A stretch of DNA of 49,664 nucleotides from Candidatus Kapaibacterium sp. GTDB lineage: Bacteria; Bacteroidota; Ignavibacteria; Kapaibacteriales; Kapaibacteriaceae. Within the stretch, counting starts at the first letter, position 1; each line of letters begins with the position of its first letter. The notes below the pieces were generated by a model, which saw only the letters and a program-made list of their open reading frames with translations, ran no database searches and was not told the DNA's origin. The translations under genes and the position numbers were made by a program. Location: positions 1-49,664 of the forward strand of contig JAULYI010000102.1 of assembly GCA_032117915.1 (NCBI GenBank), written 5' to 3'. Shown piece by piece: positions 45,264 to 49,664 of the stretch.

Positions 45264-46610
45264 ATGATTCGATCGCTTCTACTTGCTGCACTCTCGTTGC
45301 TTGCCATCGTTCCTGTGCGCGCCGTCGATTACTGGGAGATCACCAGCGGGCCAACGGCTTCGACGCGTTGCATGGCAACGAATTCGAAGGGACATGTCTT
45401 TGCCGGCACCGAGAACAGCGCCGTGTACCGCACCACGAATCTGGGTGCGGACTGGGTTCGTTTGGACAACAACATCGACGACGGCGGTCCGAACTTCGTC
45501 ACGGTCAACAGTATCATCTGCGGTGCCAACGACGAGCTCATTATTGCAGTGAACGGTCTTGGCATCTTCCGCTCGAGGGACAACGGCGATACGTGGCAGA
45601 AGCTCAACCTTGGTGTCACGATTCCATCGAACGCCCGTTTGACCGTCTCGTCAAAACTGACAGCTGACAAGTCGAAGACGATGCTGTTTGTTGGTCTCGA
45701 CGCAGGCGCTTCGAATCTTGCCATGTTCCTTTCGGAGAATTCCGGCGACTCCTTTGTGTCGATCCCGAAGTCGAACCTTCCGGGTGCGGTTTCGTCTCTC
45801 TTCGAGACATTCCTGAGCCCGAACTCAGACAAGCTCTTCGTCTTGGTGAGCTACAACAAGGGATTGTACCGATCGGTCAATCGCGGAACATCGTGGACGC
45901 GCATCGACTCCGATCCGCAGTCGGGCGAGTCCGATGACAACTTCAAGACCATGACGTACGACAAGCTCGGTCATCTATACGTCGGTCGTAATGCCCTTGC
46001 CTCGTCGACGCGTTCGAAAAATGCGATCGTCATGAAGTCGACCAACGACGGCGAGTCATGGTTCTACCTTGATAAGGGCTGGAATAACAACGACATCACG
46101 AACAACAAGATCAGTGGCATTGCTATTGCCGAAAACGGCGAGCTCTATGCCACAACGGAAAAGTCCGGAACGTTCTACAGCTCGGATTTCGGCGCAAACT
46201 GGATTCCCCGTAATGAGGGTATGAGCGGTGACGGCAGTGCTAATGCTGTCACGATCACCAATCGTCGCCATGCGTTCATTGCTCCGATCGGACCGTTTAT
46301 CTTCCGTCATTTGGATCCGTCCACGAGCGTGCTTGAGGAACGCTCTCCGATGTTCAGCATTGGTGTTCCTACGCCCAACCCTGTGAGCGATGTCGTCCGA
46401 GTTTCCGTTACGGCACAAACAGCTGCTGCGTTGACGGCGCAGATCGTCGATGCAGCCGGTCAGGTCGTTGTGCCAACGCAAACGATCGCTGTAGATCGTG
46501 GACTGCATACGCTGCAGTTCCGTACCGAGGCACTAGCACCGGGCGTCTATCATGCGCGCATTTTCATGCAAGGTGGGGTCAGTACCACAGCATTTGTGGT
46601 CGCCCGTTAA
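45264..46610 (+). CDS. BNR/Asp-box beta-propeller protein with T9SS C-terminal sorting domain
   Basis: Signal peptide MIRSLLLAALSLLAIVPVRA. Six Asp-box-like repeats (TNLGADW, SRDNGDTW, SENSGDSF, SVNRGTSW, STNDGESW, SSDFGANW). C-terminus PTPNPVSDVVRV...PGVYHARIF...FVVAR. The ORF-track start at 44922 is antisense to mpl and is rejected. Confidence 0.8.
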   Translation: MIRSLLLAALSLLAIVPVRAVDYWEITSGPTASTRCMATNSKGHVFAGTENSAVYRTTNLGADWVRLDNNIDDGGPNFVTVNSIICGANDELIIAVNGLGIFRSRDNGDTWQKLNLGVTIPSNARLTVSSKLTADKSKTMLFVGLDAGASNLAMFLSENSGDSFVSIPKSNLPGAVSSLFETFLSPNSDKLFVLVSYNKGLYRSVNRGTSWTRIDSDPQSGESDDNFKTMTYDKLGHLYVGRNALASSTRSKNAIVMKSTNDGESWFYLDKGWNNNDITNNKISGIAIAENGELYATTEKSGTFYSSDFGANWIPRNEGMSGDGSANAVTITNRRHAFIAPIGPFIFRHLDPSTSVLEERSPMFSIGVPTPNPVSDVVRVSVTAQTAAALTAQIVDAAGQVVVPTQTIAVDRGLHTLQFRTEALAPGVYHARIFMQGGVSTTAFVVAR

Positions 46611-46642
46611 CACCGTCTTCCGCCCGCCGTCCCAGTCGCGGG

Positions 46643-47077
46643 TTACTGTCGTGCGTCTGTAATCTTTGTGATGAACCAAGCGTCTTGAACGAGCTTGGTG
46701 GAAAATCGCACGTTCCGGATCCGGTCGAACACTGCTTCGACGTCATGTGTTGCTGCATCGACAGTGTCGATGGTATAGCTCGTGATAGGCTTGGTTGCGA
46801 GCAGACGCTGCCAACGCGCCATCTCGTCACGCATGTCATACTTTTCGATGGCCAGCAGCTTTCGTCCGCTGCCGTGTATCACCAGTTCTGTGGCCGCAGC
46901 GGTATTACTGCTATCGAGTTCGGCTTTGAAGAGGTGGACGACTCCGGCGGAGGTACGTTGGCTGATCTCGACAACGGGCTGACGCGTTGCGCCGCCGATA
47001 ACGAAGAGCTCGCATGCCGTAAGCATCATCATGCTTAGGCCACCCCAGAGAATCGTACGTGCTGCGTTGGTGCTCAT
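46643..47077 (-). CDS. Hypothetical lipoprotein
   Basis: MSTNAARTILWGGLSMMMLTAC has a lipobox (LTAC). ATG 47077 overlaps the stop of the upstream hydrolase gene (ATGA). Confidence 0.6.
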   Translation of the reverse strand: MSTNAARTILWGGLSMMMLTACELFVIGGATRQPVVEISQRTSAGVVHLFKAELDSSNTAAATELVIHGSGRKLLAIEKYDMRDEMARWQRLLATKPITSYTIDTVDAATHDVEAVFDRIRNVRFSTKLVQDAWFITKITDARQ

Positions 47078-47925
47078 CGTGCGTTTGCGATCCATGCGAA
47101 TGTATGGTGGAGAGCGCTTACGAAGGGCTCGGTAACGTGCGTTATTGGATGCGTCATGCCAAACGTATGTGTTGTTCTCGAAATGACGACGAGTGGTCCG
47201 CAGGATGACGCAGAAGCTCGTAGGGCATTATGTTCGCTGAGGGGCACCGTCAGGTCCTGTTCGGCGTGTACGTACGTCATGTGGTCTGCTACGCTCGAAG
47301 CTGCACGAGCCAGATCGAGCCGATCCAGATTCTGCTCGATATCGTACATGTAGTCAACGTTCATCCGAAGTCGCTGGCCGGTACGCTGGTTGTCGAACTC
47401 GGTGAAGCCAGCTTCGATGAACAGAGGGCGCTGTCTAGGCGTCCATCGTACCCACGTGCCGATGCTGTTGAGCGCGACGCCACGTCCCAGCACCAGGCCG
47501 GGGGGGTGATGCTCGGCCAGTTCTCGCATGACGACGTGGATGACGCCACCTCCGCGGCTATGGCCGACAAAATGCACGACGCCGTTCCAACGCGAGCCAA
47601 GATGATTGCCTAGCTGCTGTAGCGTATCATGGACATCGTCAACCTCTCTGGTGACGGTATTCCGTGCAAATGCATCCACATCCTGCACGCGGTCGTTCGT
47701 GCCCTGCATACCGTTGAGCGTGAGGTCTATACGCACGCCAATGATCGATCGGGAAGCCGCCTCTTGAGCCATGAGCGGAAGGAAGGACCAATTCCGGAAC
47801 CCCTTAAAGCCATGGACCAGCAGGACGGCCGCCACCGGTTCTTGTGTCTCCGGCATCGTGATCGTAGCATGGATGGCATCGCCATGGCGGTTCAGCATGG
47901 TCACATCAGTTTCAGGGCGGATCAT
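47074..47925 (-). CDS. Alpha/beta-fold hydrolase
   Basis: VLLVHGFKGF (oxyanion HG) and FVGHSRGGG (GxSxG nucleophile elbow). The start overlaps the trmD stop (ATGA). Confidence 0.75.
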   Translation of the reverse strand: MIRPETDVTMLNRHGDAIHATITMPETQEPVAAVLLVHGFKGFRNWSFLPLMAQEAASRSIIGVRIDLTLNGMQGTNDRVQDVDAFARNTVTREVDDVHDTLQQLGNHLGSRWNGVVHFVGHSRGGGVIHVVMRELAEHHPPGLVLGRGVALNSIGTWVRWTPRQRPLFIEAGFTEFDNQRTGQRLRMNVDYMYDIEQNLDRLDLARAASSVADHMTYVHAEQDLTVPLSEHNALRASASSCGPLVVISRTTHTFGMTHPITHVTEPFVSALHHTFAWIANAR

Positions 47926-48626
47926 GCTTCACTGCCCTCGTCCAGCAGGTCAGGCCGGCGCTGCCTGGTCTTCTGCAGTGCCTGCTCGTGGCGCCACTTC
48001 TTGATCCGTGCATGGTCTCCGGAGCGCAAGACATCGGGCACGAGCATCCCTCGGAAGTCGGCCGGTTTTGTGTAGTGAGGCGCGTCAAGCAGTCCCGTCA
48101 TAAACGAGTCTTCCAGGAGCGATTCCGCATCGCTGATCACGCCGGGAATCAGGCGGGTAACGGCATCGACAACGATGGCAGCAGGCAGTTCGCCGCCGCT
48201 CAGCACGTAGTCGCCGATCGAGATCTCACGGGTCACCAGGACGTCGCGAATGCGTTGGTCAATGCCCTTGTAATGCCCGGCAAGAAGGATGATGTTGGAC
48301 TTCAGGCTAAGTGCATTGGCCGACGTTTGGTCGAGCACGGCTCCGTCCGGACACAGGTAGATCACCTCGTCGTACGCTCGTTCTGCCATGAGTTGTTCGA
48401 TGCAGGCGAACACCGGCTCGCACTGGATGATCATGCCGGCCCCACCGCCGTAGGGTGTATCGTCGATGTGTCGGAACCGGTCTGTCGCATAGTCGTGCAG
48501 GTTGTGCACAACGATCTCGACAAGGCCTTTCTCGCGTGCACGGCCTACGATACTATGTTCCAGGAAGGACGTCATCAACTGTGGTACGGCCGAGACGATA
48601 TCGTAGCGGATACGCACGTCACTCAT
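47922..48626 (-). CDS. trmD: tRNA (guanine37-N1)-methyltransferase
   Basis: Motifs IRYDIVSAVPQLMTSFLEHSIVGRA, DDTPYGGGAGM, LLAGHYKGIDQRI and EISIGDYVLSGGELPA. Confidence 0.93.
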   Translation of the reverse strand: MSDVRIRYDIVSAVPQLMTSFLEHSIVGRAREKGLVEIVVHNLHDYATDRFRHIDDTPYGGGAGMIIQCEPVFACIEQLMAERAYDEVIYLCPDGAVLDQTSANALSLKSNIILLAGHYKGIDQRIRDVLVTREISIGDYVLSGGELPAAIVVDAVTRLIPGVISDAESLLEDSFMTGLLDAPHYTKPADFRGMLVPDVLRSGDHARIKKWRHEQALQKTRQRRPDLLDEGSEA

Positions 48627-49173
48627 CGTCGGCCTCTGTTGATGCCGAAGAAAGACCTTCGAGTCCTTCCAGCAGTCGAACCGTGATCGTACGTTCGGCC
48701 AGATCGACCCCCCGAATCACATCGTCGATCACGGGAAGGGGGATCGTGTTGCCATCGGGACGTTGCAGCACCCAGACGTCATTTGCCGGAAGAAGCCAAA
48801 CCTCGGCGATCGTGCCCAGCACTGTCCCGTCCTCGGCCGTTACCGTTGCCCCTTCAATATCTCCGATACGATAGCGTTCGGTAGCGGAGGGGGCAAGGTC
48901 GGACGCTGAGACATAGACGGCCTGGTCGACCAGCGATGATGCGGCCTCTGGAGATGCGACACCGGCAAAACGCAGTGTGGTGCGTTGCGGCGTGGCATGG
49001 AATGCCGAGACCCTGAAGGGCTTCGCAAAGTCGCGTGCGTAGCCAACATACACCGTCGAGGTTGCGTCCAACCGTGCGGGTAGACCAACGGTGTCGACAA
49101 GCACAACGGTACCGTCAACGCCATGCGATCGACCGATGACGCCAAGGTATTCCGTTTCAGGAGGCTGGCTCAC
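48619..49173 (-). CDS. rimM: 16S rRNA processing protein RimM
   Basis: The [20 protein letters not shown]-terminal domain and a PRC-barrel-like C-terminus ([26 protein letters not shown]), with conserved rimM-trmD order. Start at GTG 49173, overlapping the sigma-factor stop (GTGA). The ORF-track extension to 49302 lies inside the sigma gene. Confidence 0.85.
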   Translation of the reverse strand: MSQPPETEYLGVIGRSHGVDGTVVLVDTVGLPARLDATSTVYVGYARDFAKPFRVSAFHATPQRTTLRFAGVASPEAASSLVDQAVYVSASDLAPSATERYRIGDIEGATVTAEDGTVLGTIAEVWLLPANDVWVLQRPDGNTIPLPVIDDVIRGVDLAERTITVRLLEGLEGLSSASTEADDE

Positions 49174-49664
49174 CCCAGGTACGAGCGCAGTGCCTTTGAG
49201 CGCGACGCGTGACGAAGGCGGCGAATGGCCTTCTCCTTGATCTGGCGGACACGCTCGCGTGTGAGGTTGAACTTCTCGCCGATTTCTTCGAGGGTGAGAC
49301 ACTGTGCGTCGTCAAGACCAAAATAGAGTCTGATGACTTCGGCCTCGCGTTCGGACAGGGTCTTGAGTACTTGCTGCACCTCCACGCGCAGGGACTCGCG
49401 CATGAGCTCGGAGTCCGGCGGCGGTTGCTGGTCGTTCGGAAGGATGTCGAGCAGACGATTGTCTTCACCTTGGACGAAGGGGGCATCGACGGACAGGTGA
49501 CGACCGGAGATCTTGATGGTCTCACTGATCTCGGCGATCGACATGTCGAGCTGTTCTGCAAGCTCGGCCGCCGTTGGTTCGCGCTCGTACTGCTGCTCGA
49601 GCTCACTGAACTTCTTGCCGATCTTATTCAATGCGCCAACGCGGTTCAGCGGAAGACGTACGAT
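49170..49664 (-). CDS. rpoD: RNA polymerase sigma-70 family factor, RpoD-like; only regions 3-4 are in the window (5' end outside)
   Basis: The frame is open to the window edge ([19 protein letters not shown]...). Region 3 [19 protein letters not shown] and region 4.2 [30 protein letters not shown] are close to primary sigma factors. Confidence 0.85.
   Translation of the reverse strand: MVRLPLNRVGALNKIGKKFSELEQQYEREPTAAELAEQLDMSIAEISETIKISGRHLSVDAPFVQGEDNRLLDILPNDQQPPPDSELMRESLRVEVQQVLKTLSEREAEVIRLYFGLDDAQCLTLEEIGEKFNLTRERVRQIKEKAIRRLRHASRSKALRSYLG

Noticed and set aside
1-49664. CRISPR arrays, IS elements/inverted-repeat-flanked transposases, integrases, prophage genes, and toxin-antitoxin or restriction-modification modules
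   Set aside because: I looked for direct-repeat/spacer periodicity, DDE/tyrosine-recombinase motifs and small paired ORFs and found none. All intergenic gaps except 9913-10115, 12635-13064 (rnpB) and 20513-20792 are under ~100 nt.

Overview
This is a high-GC (about 58-60% by eye), gene-dense 49.7-kb stretch of a bacterial chromosome. I call 36 protein-coding genes (two cut by the window edges), one RNase P RNA gene, two convincing intrinsic terminators and a few weaker signals. The RNase P RNA (rnpB, minus strand, ~12627-13060) is invisible in the ORF track and is covered there by spurious ORFs. I saw no rRNA, tRNA, CRISPR array, transposase/integrase, phage gene, or recognisable defence or toxin-antitoxin gene. 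The backbone is core metabolism and housekeeping: gdh, hppD plus an aminotransferase, ansA-alr-scpA-scpB, lipA, NIF3/Zn-ribbon/rnpB, trmO, metH, purN, kdsD, rodZ, purM, recQ, mpl and rpoD-rimM-trmD. Embedded in it are five large secreted proteins ending in type-A T9SS C-terminal sorting domains. That argues for an FCB-superphylum organism (Bacteroidota / Ignavibacteriota / Rhodothermota-like); sequence alone does not narrow it further. The most unusual content is a tandem pair of giant paralogous T9SS cargo proteins (1578 and ~1473 aa, 20793-30027) of unknown function with a nidogen(NIDO)-like N-terminal domain. A strong terminator-like hairpin separates the two genes, and their codon usage differs sharply. 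Other second-look items are: rnpB packed between co-directional genes and overlapped by the start of a stand-alone Hpt gene; an animal-GLUD1-like glutamate dehydrogenase with an antenna-like insertion; a 1423-aa subtilase fused to FG-GAP repeats; and a sigma70-rimM-trmD-hydrolase-lipoprotein chain joined by overlapping stop/start codons. I do not see a clear multi-gene system (defence, secretion machinery or biosynthetic cluster). The paralogue pair is the best candidate for something undescribed, and that claim rests on reading motifs by eye, not on database searches.
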